Counted from the first letter of the whole stretch, positions 1 to 15,887 are shown. The stretch is 63,979 nucleotides of DNA, filler included, from Choristocarpus tenellus KU-1152 (GCA_964200185.2; 8 parts of 8 records of this genome joined end to end with filler, not necessarily neighbours in it); one strand, 5' to 3'. The notes: generated from the sequence alone by a model not told the origin. Numbers and translations are program-made.

Positions 1-3000
1 AACATTTATCTCTTCCTCACACAACGGTACTTCCCGCGGACACTGCCACTGCCCCCCTCCCCCCCCTCCCACAAGATCACACCAGCCCCGGCACTCTCAA
101 GATTGCCGAAAAAGGGGTGAAAAAAAAAGAAGGGTATGTACTCTGCGCGTGTGATTGGTCCACAGGCAGAAGATCATCGAGTATCGAGGTGGAAGGGACC
201 CTACAAGCCACGAACTTACATTTGTGCAACAGCCTGAGAGTTGGGTAGATGTGACCGTCTCGCTGTTGAAAGAACAATGGGATGCCGTCGCAGCAGATCA
301 GGGACACTCGATCCCGACATTTAGCTACAGTGATGTTTCCCTTCTTTGGGAGCACATCCTCCATGTATGCCTGGGGGGGGATGTTTGTTGGGCAAAATGA
401 ACGTAACCGTATGCATGTTGGGGAGCGAGTTGTGTTAGAAAATGAGATTATTCTGTTATTTCCTTGTTCTCGTTCATAAGCTAATGATTCACTGATATAG
501 TGCTGATCTGGTAGGGATGAGGAGCAGGGGGAGTTGCATTCGTACATGGCGATAGTTTGGTTGCGTGATTACACTCTTTTGCTACCTACTCTCATTGTCA
601 CGCGGAAAGTTCCACTTCGAATTGTATTGTTTGATAAGTACAGTCTACTGTGTGTGTATCATCGTGTTGCAATAGACACAACACTGCATGTATCAATCAC
701 TGGGTTAACTCATACTGTGAATTCCACTTAAGTCACTCGGCACAAAAGTTGAATAGACTTGAAAGTCTGAGAAGTACTTGACAACTATCACATTGTGTTC
801 AAAACGCCGGGCACTGCAAGGATCTGCAAGCAGAGCATGCATGCATGTGGAAATAACCAAAAAAGGTATACCCTTGCCTTCTGGTTACAACCAATTGAAA
901 TTAAATTGCGAGAATACTTGAACACTATTGTAAATATTGTGCCAAGAAAGGTTGTCAATAATTGACCACATCAATGTGAGACATGGTCTACACTTGAAAG
1001 AGCTTTGTCTTCTGTGCCTGCTGTATGATGTACGTAACACATGAGTCATGTCTTATTGAACACATCATTCCGGGCAAAAGTTGATTTGGTACTTCAGTTG
1101 CCTGCGTAAGCCACCTCTATACCGACTCTGCACATTGTACCTTGGTCCACTCAAGTAGAGGGTCTGTCCTTTCATAGGTTTTCGGTCTGTCAAACTCATT
1201 TTAAAGATATGATCTTGATTATATACCTCTTGTGTGATTCAACCCTTTCTGTTTGAGGTACAGAATACCTGCAATTGGGATCGAGGGATCACAAGTATAT
1301 TACACGATAAACATAACTCCCACCCTACCTCTCACCCCTCCACCTCCTTTTTGGAATGTAACTCCTGCTGATTTAGGTGATCACGACGCCGCCAGATTAT
1401 CCAAGTAGATTTTAACAGCCTTCACACACACACAGCACCTAGCCAATACTCACTATACCTCCCTTGATTCAACAGGTGTCATTGTAAAGACTTTTGAGAT
1501 AGGATGAAGATTACCTTCCCCAACCACCTAATCGCAACCCGTGCCATTGCAATCCTCAATGCCTTGCCGGCGAGGCAAGTGGGGGTTTTGAAGGGAGACT
1601 TGTCCAAAAGCAGGAAGATGGGACACCCACCTCACAGGGAGGAAACTGCTCGATAAGCTTGGCACGTATTCCACGCTGAACCGAGGACTTGACCTGACTA
1701 GAGGATGAGACATCATCCTGCCAAAACCTGGGGCATTAGGTTTGGTCGGTTGTTAGTAGACTTTTTGAACAGGTAAGTAGTATAGTTACTCCTTGTAAAC
1801 TTGCAGTTAAGATTTTACGGACTAGTAATAGTGCGGCTTCATCATCAACCCCGATCCGCAAACGCATGTAAATAAGCGTGGTAATGGAGATGGTGCGAAA
1901 TGAAATCTGTTTCTCCTGAACTTTGCCGACCCTTGCCTTGACGAAATAGTGTCCGTAGCCTTCAACTCTCCATTATAGCAAAAGAAGCAAGCGCTACAAC
2001 ATAAAACGACCTTCACCCATCCTTTTGTGCTACTCTCGAGAATTTAAGATGTGACGGCAAGAGATGCAGGATACTGCAGTCCTGTGGTCACTCACCGCTT
2101 GAACATGGTGCAAGTGTTGTGACCAAGAACGCCGTTTCCCACACGAAAGACTTCCTGCTATAAGTAGGTATTGATCTCACTCTTTCCTCCACTATCTATA
2201 ACTGCGTCGCAAGGCTACCAAATGTGAGTATGTATGTTTGTACGAGAGGATCATTCAGCCCATCCACATCGCTCACACTTCCTTGGTTGGGTTGGTATGT
2301 TGGAAGCTTGGGAGAGGGAGTGGTTGTCGTATTGATACGTACACTATTCAATATCTCCATGATTGTCGTATGTCCTCTCAAAACAAGGCTAACAGCTCAA
2401 CCCCACAACCAAATTCCTTGGCACTTCCTTCCCTATTGAGGAAGCTCTCCTGTGAAGTGCCTAAGCTACTGAGGCTTGAGCTGCAATGATCTTCGATGCG
2501 TCTAATCCGCGCAAACGTTTCAAGCTGGAGTTTGCCCGATTCGGGCTTTACATTATGAGTGAGTGCCAATCCTCCCTTGGACTCAACATCACACTTGTAG
2601 ACTTTTCTACAGTCTCCCTGAGCAAGGATATTCCTTGCGTGGTGCTTCCTTCTGCCTTAGTTCGCGAGAGTTAAATTTGAGTCAAGACTCCATTATTCTC
2701 AAGGGTAGAGAAAAAGACTCGAGAGAAAGAACCCGCGTACTTCGTATCTCGTTGGTTGTGTCGGGGCTTGCCACCATTTCATCCGGCGCTCCCAGCACAT
2801 CTTTCCCTTATGATTTCCCTTATGTTTTGTCTCCGTATCCTTCTCTCTTCCCCGTATCCAGTACACACCTCCTTTACATGCCAACAAATACTTCAGCCTG
2901 TGCCAATGTCAGCAAGCTATTGTTGCAACACGCTGTATAACCTGCTGCCAACATCACGCAAAGTGACCCTACAGACTTACATTCACCCTTGACCTCCTCT

Positions 3001-3717
3001 TGGTGCTTCCTCCTCTTGGTGATTCCTCCTTATTTCTAGTCCCAGTGGTCGCCACTGCTGTCTACAGCTCGCCCCAAATGATGCAGAGGATCCTAAAGTC
3101 GGTAAGTCGGTTCACTGGGCTGAAGATGTGTAGTGTCTTGCACTATGCAAGTGCGAAAGTGTATATATGGCCGCCAGAGCTAATGGAATTTGCTATTCCT
3201 CAATTCCCACCTACTAGCATAAATCCTCTTCACTCTGAGACTTCATGTTGAAAACTAATTGTATCTCCAATCAGTTGTGCATCCTTCGTGAAGGAGGCTC
3301 CCTCATGCCCATCCCATCACCTCTGTGCGTGTATTTCCCAACGCCACCTGCATATACCCTCAGTTCAAGTTTGTGGAGTATCCTCCTGAAGGCGAGAAAC
3401 CACCCTCCGCAAAAGATATAATGCGGCTGATGGATGAGAGAGAGGAAAAGCGAGCCAGAGAAAAGCAGGTAGAACTGATTGCAGGGTCTGGGATAGTGGG
3501 AGGTCAAGATGGAGGGGATACAGTGTTGGCCAAGGTGCAGGTGAGACCTTTCGTATACATAGTCAAGGTGGTATATGTTGATGAAAATGCTGCTGGAGTT
3601 ACGAATAGTTGGTTTGAAAACCACTGCAGAGTAGTGTGGTTTGTGGCTTCAATTTACCGCATGGAGTCTCATATGTCCTCTGTTTATCCTTGACAGAAAG
3701 CTCTCTTCTGGAGTTGA
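1..3717 (+). CDS. 3' part of a multi-exon gene, unknown protein (5' end lies outside the window)
   Basis: Exons 1-26 (NIYLFLTQ, CG|gtac) and 166-364 (cag|G QKIIEYRGG...EHILH|gtatgc) join in phase. Exons 3068-3101 (SPQMMQRILKS|gtaagt), 3364-3540 (FKFVEYPPEG...LAKVQ|gtgaga) and 3697-3717 (KALFWS*) also join in phase. A probable exon at ~2481-2558 (IFDASNPRKRFKLEFARFGLYIM) has unresolved boundaries. No domain recognised. Confidence 0.7.
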
Positions 3718-4599
3718 CTTTGCAAATCGATATGATAGAGGTTCGGAATATTCTCTTTGGAGAGTGCATATCCAAGTGCGGGTTGGTTTGTCTTTCCTCG
3801 CCAACATGTATGTGGAGTGATAGGATTGAGACATTGATGGGCAACACCACTTTTATCATGTTTGAACATTTTCTGTCATGAATGAAATGAGTAAACAGAA
3901 AAAATATGAAGAATCATTTGTTAGAATTAGAAGATAAAAAATTATCACGAAAACGAGTGCTTATTGAAGTTCATATAATAGCTTGTGTCGCTGCTTATGC
4001 TATCAAAAAGGCTCATTTAAAACTACAAGATTTTGCAAGTAGTGGCAGAAAAGAGTGCTTCCCACTCTATGTCAAAAATCAGATAGGGCGTATTAAAGCA
4101 TTGGTGCTGTTCCCTGATACTCTTAGATAGCCAGTTTTTGTATTGATTATCTACTGTTCCCAATGAAGTCAGTGTGCTGTGCCCACGAGGGTGGCCTCAA
4201 CTAGCTCCCTTTGATGCCGATCAAATACAGCAAATGCCCCCAAATTTCTTCTACAAGCAAGTACTTCACCATTCTCTACGTTGTATCGTACTTGATTGTA
4301 CAGACAGATGACCTCTCGCCACATGAATATTCCATACCTTGCCTTTAGCTCACTAAAAATAAAATATTGATTATACCACTCACGATCTCACAAATAGTAA
4401 GACACAAATAGCAGCATATTTCTGAACACATTCCCCTACAGTTGATACACAGTGCTCTAGTACAACTACTACTATACAAAGTATTCAGTACTTGTTCTAA
4501 ATTTGTCCCCTACCCTTGCCATGTGGTATAACTTCAACTCTTTGAGTCCTTCTCAAGAGGCAGTGCCTCTTCCCAAAATGAAATTCATGAATATGCCCA

Positions 4600-6400
4600 A
4601 TCAAAAATCTATTCCGCACTATGTTGGTCCTCTGCCCCATCAATTATTGTGCCTGTTGTGTCTTTAGTAGTATCAATCCTGTGGTCTTTCTTCAGCGACC
4701 AATCAGATATCTGTTTGGTCCATTTATCTGGTATGTGCACCAATACTATTTGGAGGCAATCTCTTAAAACAGTGTACGCCTTCCTTCCTGCTCTACACTG
4801 CAAACCTTCCAGCACATTAAGCATATGTTTCTATCCTTTCCAACTTTGACATCAAATAATTAGAAGAGATCAACATCTGACTCATCTGTGCCCAAGTAAA
4901 ACTCTCCCAGCTGTTGTCCACCCCATCTCGAAACAGACCATACACCATAAGCAGTGAGCATTTCTACTGTAAACCTGCCATTCTCATCCAGCATCAGCAC
5001 CCTGTCAGTGAACAATCCCTCATCCCATGTTGGTACAGGTGCATCGCATATGAGACAGTTATGTCCATACAAGGGTCATATCTAGTCCCTCCTCACCACT
5101 GTCTTCATCCTTTTGTGTCTGTGATGACTCTACCACGTGCCGAGTATTCAAAAAGAATCGACCATGACCAGCCTTTCCCTCCATGAATACCAGGTGTGGT
5201 TTCTGAGAGTTATCTTCTGTTACCACCGTGGCATCTCTTCTGAATGTTGTGATTGCACCCAAAGACCAGGCATCTTGCTTTATGGAGGATACGTTCATAC
5301 CCATCGATAAGACCACCAGAACGTTGGTCAATGTGAAATCGATCTCTTTCCCGTAGAGATCACACTCTAGCTTGGAGTCACCCATTCACATGACCTTCAG
5401 ATTCCTCTCATCCACATTGACAAGAAAAGTGCTGCATGGTTTGAAGTCAGCCATCAAGTCAGCCATCCTGACTTGGTCAGTGGAAATATGTGGAGAGGCC
5501 CCCATATTGAAGATGAAATCCCACTTTACTCCACCTGTTGCCTTCCCCAGGGACGGAGTTATCACTTTCAATTCAGTTGTGTGCTCACGATGCGACAAGA
5601 ACATATCACCAAACTCTAGTGGTTCATTCTTTTTTGCCCCTGTGGCACCAGCATCACTTGCACTGTCTGACAACTCTCTCAACGTGTAGACAGCCCTGAG
5701 TTGGGTTTTGTGTTCACCATGGGCCTGCCTGTTGCCCCTATCACTGCCCCCATTGGCCTGATATTTCCTCCTCTTGAAACTCTTTCCCTTGTGACCGCCT
5801 TTGCCGAACTAGTGACACTTGGCACCAAGGTAATCTTTGCCTTCTTGCTTCTGTGAGCAGTCGAATTGTATTGTGGCCCACTGTATGTCCGGCACTCTGG
5901 CTGGCTCCTTCCTTTGGTCATCGGTGCCTGTCTGTTTATCCCTGGATGCAACCCGTTGTCCATCCTCCCCCCATCCTTCTTGACCCTCTGTGTTTCCTCT
6001 GTCCTGAAGGCAAGGACTTCTCCTTCTCAACCAACCACAGTTTTTTTTGTATAGGTTACATGCAGACAACACAGACAGGGGGTACAAGTACTGTACATCA
6101 CACAAACAAACGTCTAGAACGCGATACCAAGGCAATATATCGTATTTATATGTAGAACTAAACTCTCAGCTTAAAGGATATTGGGCCTGCACCATCCGTT
6201 TTCCAGGACAACCTTGAGTGGATTTGGTCCGTATGTCCTTTCCATTTTTAGGACAACATTGAGGATCCAGCTGTTCTCTAACATCAGTTGACCCTTGTAA
6301 TGTTTTTGTATCTCCGAGTCCATGTACTCTAAGACAACCATTTATATTGCAATGGGCTTTGAGTCCACCATCTGTTATCAGGGAAATGCTTGGCGCCATT
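4600..6400 (-). mobile_element. Degenerate Ty1/copia gag-protease(-integrase) relic
   Basis: Consecutive minus-strand ORFs 5386-5682 and 5059-5385 are separated by one stop. They carry WDFIFNMGASPH (decayed copia protease W-x-x-DSGAS-x-H) and TLTNVLVVLSMGMNVSSIKQ (the usual L-x-NVL-x-VP...NLxS segment). Many stops and frameshifts; boundaries approximate. Confidence 0.7.
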
Positions 6401-6572
6401 TGTGCTAAAACATCAATCTACCAAGAAATCCCTGAGTACAATTCCCTATTTGGACTCAGAGTCCAGAACTACATCTGCCGGCCTTTGTACAATTACTCTT
6501 AATATTGTTACGGGCAGTGGGCAAGAATGGGTATATACCTGTGCCAATTAGTGCCAAGATAAGGTATTATAG

Positions 6573-7175
6573 CAGTAAACAAGTTGGATAATGGGGGCCT
6601 CCATCAGAGAACCCCTGATGTATTCATCCTATACCCGTTCTTGACCCCATGATGACAGTTCAACACCCCTCATCTACTCTCTGTGTCGCTCTCTCATTTC
6701 TGTCTGTTTTTTGCTCAAATTGAAACACGAGTTTTCCGACTGTAAGTACTCTGATTGGACAACAATAAATCCTTCCATCCCACCACACACTACACACATT
6801 TCGAATCCTCATTTTCATCCCTATTAGTTTGGATCTTGCTTGGCAATGCTCTGATTTCTGAGGTTGACTGTGGCATGGTAGAATTGTTCCTAGAAAGAGG
6901 CAATGATTCCAGTGGAACATTCCGATGTTGTCTGAAGATGAGGATGAAAGCCTGGAACGTGTATGGTGTGTGGGGATTGTGTTCTACATTCAATTAGAGC
7001 GTTTACAATGGGCAAAACCTGGTGCAAAATTGAGGAAGGACTGGACGGAAATGGGTGAGTGATGCGGAGAAGAGACAAGGAGCGTTGTACCAGTCAACAA
7101 TGAAGCTAGAATGGGTATAGGACGTTTTTAGCTGGGGTCTCATGATGGAGGGCCCCATTATCCATCTCGTTTCTG
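6573..7175. mobile_element. Non-autonomous TIR element (~600 bp)
   Basis: Imperfect ~65-70 bp inverted termini: 6573 CAGTAAACAAGTTGGATAATGGGGGCCTCCATCA...CCTATACCCGTTCT versus AGAATGGGTATAGG...TGATGGAGGGCCCCATTATCCATCTCGTTTCTG 7175. No TSD seen, so the superfamily is not assigned. Confidence 0.6.
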
Positions 7176-8038
7176 AATTGCCATGATATTGTCATGGAGT
7201 GAATAAGAAGAGATGTGGCACAATTCAGAACACACTTTTGGTAATTAGGTGTAACCGTCTGTCTTGGATACTAGTTGCTAGGTATATTTGTCTAAAACCC
7301 TGTCTTTTTTTTTTAGCTAGTGTGACGAACTGTCTGTATCAAGTGTGTATACTAACAAAAAAAAATCCCAGCTAATATGGGGATTAATTTGTGTAGATAT
7401 GGGTGTCAATACGTTGTAGCCAGTTGTGTTTGCCTATCAGATTGTTTCGACTATCATATGGAAGGGTTGTGCTTGGCTTGGCTGATTGCTGGCATTGAGA
7501 TGTCTTACAGGGTCTACACTTAACAAGAAACATGTTGGTGACCATCCTTTAGCGAGTACACATATGGTCTCTATTGTCTTGAACGGCGATAGGGCAAAGA
7601 AAATAACAAGCACAACAACAACACTCTGTATTGCTTACAGGAAAGCCCCTCAGATGCGCAAACAAGAGTAGTAGTGTATTTGAAAACAAGAAACCTGATA
7701 CATGTATCTCATTAGCTATTATAACCAAACCTGCTCCTAAACTGATGCTATAAAGATGGTCTAGAAAAAAGGGAGGAGTTCCATCAGTCAGTCAATCCCC
7801 ATCTAGCCCACCGACCCAGTATCTAACCCTAACCTTCTCAATCCTGTAGTCAGAGGTTGTAAAGCAGAGAAAGTGCTAAATTGGAGAAATTCTGTAGAAA
7901 AAGGAAATAATTCCCAAAAGGAAAGTGCATGCCGAAAACTCTCTCTCCTATTTTTTGCCATCCAGCAAATGCTAACTGCCATATATTTCATATCGACCAT
8001 TGTATGGAAAATGCTTTGTTGTGTGTAACACAAAATCA

Positions 8039-8296
8039 GAGTAAAAATATCTTAGAGGGTACGAGTTTTGACCTGTTTGTCCGTTTGGGGCTTGGCTTCC
8101 CACTGTTTTTTTAATGACATTTTCCCACTACAAAATTTTTCAGGAGTAGGCAAAATGTATACGTTGTGAAAAGGTGTGTTTGGAACAAGGATATTGACAT
8201 TTCCTAACAAAGATAGCCAAAAATGACATCAAAATCGCAACATTGGATTTTGACCCCTAAATGGATGCGGCTCTACCCTCTAAGATACTTTGATTC
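8039..8296. mobile_element. MITE family A, full copy (258 bp), TSD TCA
   Basis: TIRs GAGTAAAAATATCTTAGAGGGTA ... TACCCTCTAAGATACTTTGATTC, with TCA on both sides (8036-8038, 8297-8299). Internal sequence is shared with copies at 14899, 16395, 16567, 44034 and 45204. Confidence 0.85.
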
Positions 8297-11200
8297 TCAT
8301 GAAGTTGTGTTATGTGAATAGTGTATTCTCTTGAGACTCGAATCATAGCTAAGACATGGAACCATTTACTGACTGCCCTAGTAACTTCGTGTTCTGTTAA
8401 GGTGGGCACTCCTTCGGAGGTTATGTGCAGGTACAAACCCACTCAATCCTAGACTACTTTTGATGGAAAGTAGTCTCAATGATCCAAGTCCACCTGGAAA
8501 GCACTGCAGGTTATGGATCTGTATGATCCTGTCCTTTGCTATGCCACAACAGACTGTGGAAGAACTGAAATCAGGTGGCAAGGCTTGGTTGCAGAGCAAT
8601 GGTGATGTGTGGTGAGCACAAGAAGATATGAGGGGAGAAGTTAATCGACGGGTGGTTGGATACCTGGACTCAACACGCTAAGAGTAAGACATGATCAGAG
8701 GCAGTGCATGTAGTTGTGCAACGTGATGGACTGAGAAGAAGTGCAATTTGTGCCTTTTGGTCACATGCTGGACTGAGTAGAGGTCCTAAAATGGTGTAGT
8801 ATTGGTGACAGTGAAGGGCTTGCAGTATGATGAATCCGGTGTGGTTGGGAACACACTATTAGGTGTGAACAAATTTTTGTGCCTCCAGAGGGATCCCTCA
8901 CCAGCTGAGGGGATTTTTTGCCTCCCAGTGCTTCGTGCTGAGCCATATCCTAAAATATCCACATTTTGATTCAGTTGTAACGCACTGATCTCGAGGCCTC
9001 TAAAAATCGCATAGGTGTGATCATTTACATCTATGAGTGAGCTTAGGTGCTCTGACAACGTTGGCGTTGATACCTAGATCAGGAATATACGTTTGGTCCA
9101 TCTGTCATATATATCCTCTCACTTGGGATGGATGATGGATGGTGAGATGAAAAACAAACAGAACCCTAACTCTATGACTTTAGAGCCTGAGTGGTTGAAC
9201 TTCAGCTCACCACCCAACAGGAGAAAGAAAACTTGCTCAGGAGTGACCGATGCCCATTCGGGTGAGGGCTCCCACTTGGTACTGCTGTCGTGAATACACT
9301 TCAAGGCATTTGGTAGTACGGAATTTTATTGGATTGGGACATTTCTTTTTGAGCATTTTCTCCCATTTTGGTTTGGGTTCATGATGTCATAGTGACCAGA
9401 CATGCCTGACAGTGGACAGGCATAACATACCTTGGTGGTTAGAATCCTAGCGGCCTGTACAAGTAAAGCACCCTGCTTGTGGGTCTATCTGCCCACCTTG
9501 GCCGTTCTGTGTGTGGGGAGTCACATCCCCTAACAGGAGCACCACCACACCCTGATCTTGTGAATATATGCTGATAGCTACTATCTACACGGACTATGCA
9601 ACAATATATCCAGATGTAGGTAAAAAAACTGATATTTGAATGAATGCCACACTCAAGAGGAGGGAAAGACTGATGAGGGTATCAATATTGATGAGCTCAT
9701 CATTGTGACAATATATCTTTCTACAACTTAAAGCAGCCTTGTCTACATACAAGTCACAGCTTTCCAGCAAGGAGTTGGAGCTTTCGAGCTTTTCTTGGAA
9801 TTTGGACTAGGTGATGGTGTCCTATCTTACCTTTCACAAACACTACACTGCTGGGACACCACTCCATGCCTGAGTGATTGAAGTACACGTCATATTCATG
9901 TGAACCACACTTATTAATTAACAAATGTCTTTTTGGAGTCATTGCATTCCTTTTTTCAAGGAGTTCATTCTTAAGACAAGTTGAGCCCGAAAATTTCAAC
10001 TGCATGATGCTTGAAAGTGGATTTTGCGCAATATGGCATGTAATTAGTGCTGGGGCAAGGGGACATTTTGAAAGTGTTTAAATGAGTGACTGTGTTAATC
10101 ATGCCTGTGGTATATGTCCATTCTTCGTACAAGATGAGGTTTACAAAGGTGGAGATCCACATGTCCCAATCAAAGCCAGAAGGTGCTTGAGTGCAAGGCC
10201 AAAATGGCTTTGTCCCTCATCATCCCCTACATCTTGGTCCTATGAATGAACCTTCCAAGATACTGTGTATTGCCCCATGTACCTTGTGAGTGTTAAGAAA
10301 ACTGAAGCACAATGAAATTTATTGCCCCACCCTCGTCATTCCTCCAAGGATCAACAGTATATCACAAATCAGTAGCTACCTCTTGATTAACAGGATTTGA
10401 TTAATACACCAGTTAACGGTTGCTGCAAAAAGGATGCGATACACCAAAGCTGTGTTTTGCAGCGGGTGTCATTTTCCAGCAGAACACTTCAACAATCAAC
10501 AGGAGAAAATGCATTTCCAACCTGATATCCATCTCCTAACCCTTTACCCCAACACAATCTTTGTCTTACTTACGAGTTGTACCATTGCACCATCCCACTG
10601 ATATTCACGCGTGTTGCTGGACCTCAGCAGGGACAAGTGACCGGAACAAAAGCAGGGCCGGCAATAGTCAGTGTGGAGGGTGAGGTCAAGCAAGGGAGGA
10701 GATGGTTTGGCTGGTTTCGGAGGGGAGGTGGATAAACTGTAAGAGTACTAGAGCTTGAGGGTGCAGGGGGTGTTAAGTAGGATCAGGTGACTGTAGTGGC
10801 GTCTCGAGTTGGAGAAGAGATCTGCATTGTTAGGATCCAAGCTCTCTCCATATGAAGTGTGCGGTAATGGAAGAAGTACGTTGCAAATTGTGCACATATC
10901 CACCACTAAGGAATGCTCATCTTGCGTATGCGTTCACTTTTGTTTTGAGAGCATGTTGAAAGTTAAAACTTTGGTGTGCTGCTGTACTTGCAAGTGGTAT
11001 CTTGAAACTGTTCACTGCTGCAATGTTAAGTGAGACATGATTGAAACGGTGATGTGCTGTTCCCCAAAGTAACTTGGAATCGTTCACTGCATATGACTTC
11101 CACCCCACTGCGTTGCTCATATATCGGTGTCTTGAGATATATCATTGCATGAGCAATCCTTCTAAAGCATGGTATATAGAAAGCTCCGAATTGTCGACAA

Positions 11201-11319
11201 TATATATTATTTCTGCCTTTAATTAATGTGTGTGAATATCAGAGCCAAGCAAGTGATAGTGTCATGTTTTTTTATAAATTTGGAGACTGTTAAATGAATA
11301 AAATATTACCTCTTGCAGC

Positions 11320-11500
11320 TGTGATACATGAAGCCTTGACCAATTATAAATTTCCATTTAATCCCAGATGAAACTGGAGAAAAGACTTAATACCAGCAGA
11401 TCTAGTGTTCAACTTATGAATGCCTTTTGTTTCAGGAAAATTCTTCATAATTCTTCCGATTTTATCTCTATCTACTCACTCAAATTCTTCAACGAGATTC
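11320..11500 (-). pseudogene. Bacterial-type cation diffusion facilitator (FieF/YiiP, Rickettsia p34-like), C-terminal domain fragment
   Basis: Manual translation gives NLVEEFE*VDRDKIGRIMKNFPETKGIHKLNTRSAGIKSFLQFHLGLNGNL*LVKA, then H after a frameshift. This fits the CDF cytoplasmic-domain pattern G-x-H-x-L-x-TR-x-x-G-x-x-x-F-x-Q-x-HL-x-x-x-x-x-L-x-L-x-x-AH. Two in-frame stops, AT-rich, no introns. Confidence 0.7.
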
Positions 11501-11704
11501 CCTGAGACTATATCACCAGCAAACTTCTGATGAGGTAGGCAATAATTTTTTGCTAGTTGTACAGACCTACAAAATAATTCCATATAATCCAATAAGAAAA
11601 CAAGAGGTAGACATAAATAACAATTTCATAAAGCTTTTTAAATGTTCGTCCTTTGTTATAGGCCCTTTCTAAATAGTTTAATCAAGTAATATCAAACTAT
11701 GTGA

Positions 11705-11915
11705 AAAACATTAAATCAATAATCTATCTTTCCTCCAGTACTGTTTATGCAGACCATAAATGAGCATTATGAACAAGTGGATATAATCAAAGTCGCCAGG
11801 AAAATTATTTTAGATACAAGTCAGAGCTTAACTGGCAAAGATTTGGCAATCAAAATAATATTAATATAAGAATACTTGGGAGGAATCTATGGTCCCTACC
11901 GGAATAGTTTCACTA
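11705..11915 (+). pseudogene. Bacterial-type atypical SDR / NAD-dependent epimerase (YeeZ-like) fragment
   Basis: Manual translation gives KNIKSIIYLSSSTVYADHK*AL*TSG...RYKSELNWQRFGNQNNINIRIL, then GGIYGPYRNSF after a frameshift. The YLSSxxVYGD, (K/A)xE and RLxGIYGPxR motifs occur in the right order and spacing. Stops and a frameshift present; AT-rich. Confidence 0.65.
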
Positions 11916-12555
11916 AAAAGAAAAACAGTATAACACTCTAACATTTACTTTAAGTGGATCTTTTTGAAGTGTACTGAATAGAATGTTATTTTACACAACA
12001 GTATGTTAAAATTGTCATGCTCAATAGAATACTTTCATTTTGCTTGACCTCTTTGGATTATGCCTGGAAAAGCGTCTTAATTACCGTATCTGACTGAAGT
12101 TAATAGAGGCATAATCCATATCACTCATTTATTTAAATAGTTAAATGTTTACCAGCTTGAATCTATTTTCCACCAGAGTTGACAAAAAATGAAATATACC
12201 TCCAGATATTTCAGTATTTATAACTACATACTATAATACCCCATCCTGTAAGTATGCAACATGATGAATTTTCACTTTTGATTTTGGCCATTTCTCCACA
12301 AATACGAAGATTTTCCTGGTGATGTATTGCACATGTCAAGATTATGCTTGACCATTTGTAAGAATGACTTGAAGTGATATTTTATGTACACACATACGAT
12401 AATGTGGGATATTCGGGATATTTAGTCGGGGTATTTGACCAGAAGCAATTGGCAGAATGTTAGAGTCGGAGTGTTTCTGACGTGTGCTAGAGAGCTGTTG
12501 AGTCATTTACTGTAAGGCTTGGTGAGCCCCATCTAGTGATGCTGTCTCACTCTCT

Positions 12556-12655
12556 NNNNNNNNNNNNNNNNNNNNNNNNNNNNNNNNNNNNNNNNNNNNT
12601 TAATTAATTAANNNNNNNNNNNNNNNNNNNNNNNNNNNNNNNNNNNNNNNNNNNN
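12556..12655. other. Artificial contig linker N44-TTAATTAATTAA-N44
   Basis: The same 100-nt block recurs at 16682-16781, 41113-41212, 44120-44219, 48286-48385, 52458-52557 and 61378-61477. The 12-mer is palindromic and puts stop codons in all six frames. Confidence 0.97.
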
Positions 12656-12691
12656 GTGTAGACCCCCCCCTCCTCCCAGATACTTTGGGGC
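12656..12691. mobile_element. MITE family B terminal fragment at a contig edge
   Basis: GTGTAGACCCCCCC...CCCAGATACTTTGGGGC matches the right end of the copy at 14730-15164. Similar edge fragments occur at 16782-16802, 48263-48285 and 63957-63979. Confidence 0.75.
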
Positions 12692-13190
12692 AAATTCCTA
12701 TGCAAAGCATACCTTTTCCTCCAATTGGGTGAGAGTTTGTTTGAACATAACAAGAGGAGGGTAGGATAGGTTGCTCGAAGCTACTGGAAAGAGTCTTGCA
12801 CCTGCGCATATGAGGGGAGTGGTTGTGTGCTCTGTCCTACAACTTGTATGAAAATACTGGTGATCTTTATATCAATGCTAAGTTTTCAGCATGTTTTGAG
12901 TGGGTGACATATTACCAAAAGCAACATTTAGACAAATAGATTAGCCTGTATTGATAGTAGTGAACCAATAGGACTGCCTTCCCCTTGCAATCCCCTCTAC
13001 TTGTGCTGAGCTTTGCTGTTGGCAGGGGAGGATGCTTGTATTGGATCATGATCATACTTATTCTTGGTTGAGCCCGTCCTACCCTTCCAATATAGACCCC
13101 CACAACATGCCCTGCAATACCCCATCCTACTTCGAATACACCGTAGAACCGCACATAAATCCCTCTTGGTGAGCGGACTCTCTGTCTCAC

Positions 13191-15887
<2,697 letters not shown>

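Noticed and set aside
8300-11150. Coding-like decayed sequence, perhaps copia integrase C-terminus near 9970-10160
   Set aside because: Only vague motif echoes, so no defensible call.
12600-12611. Recurrent TTAATTAATTAA palindrome as a biological motif or CRISPR-like repeat
   Set aside because: Always centred in exactly 44+44 N; it is a synthetic spacer. The partial look-alike at ~57001 is ordinary LTR sequence.
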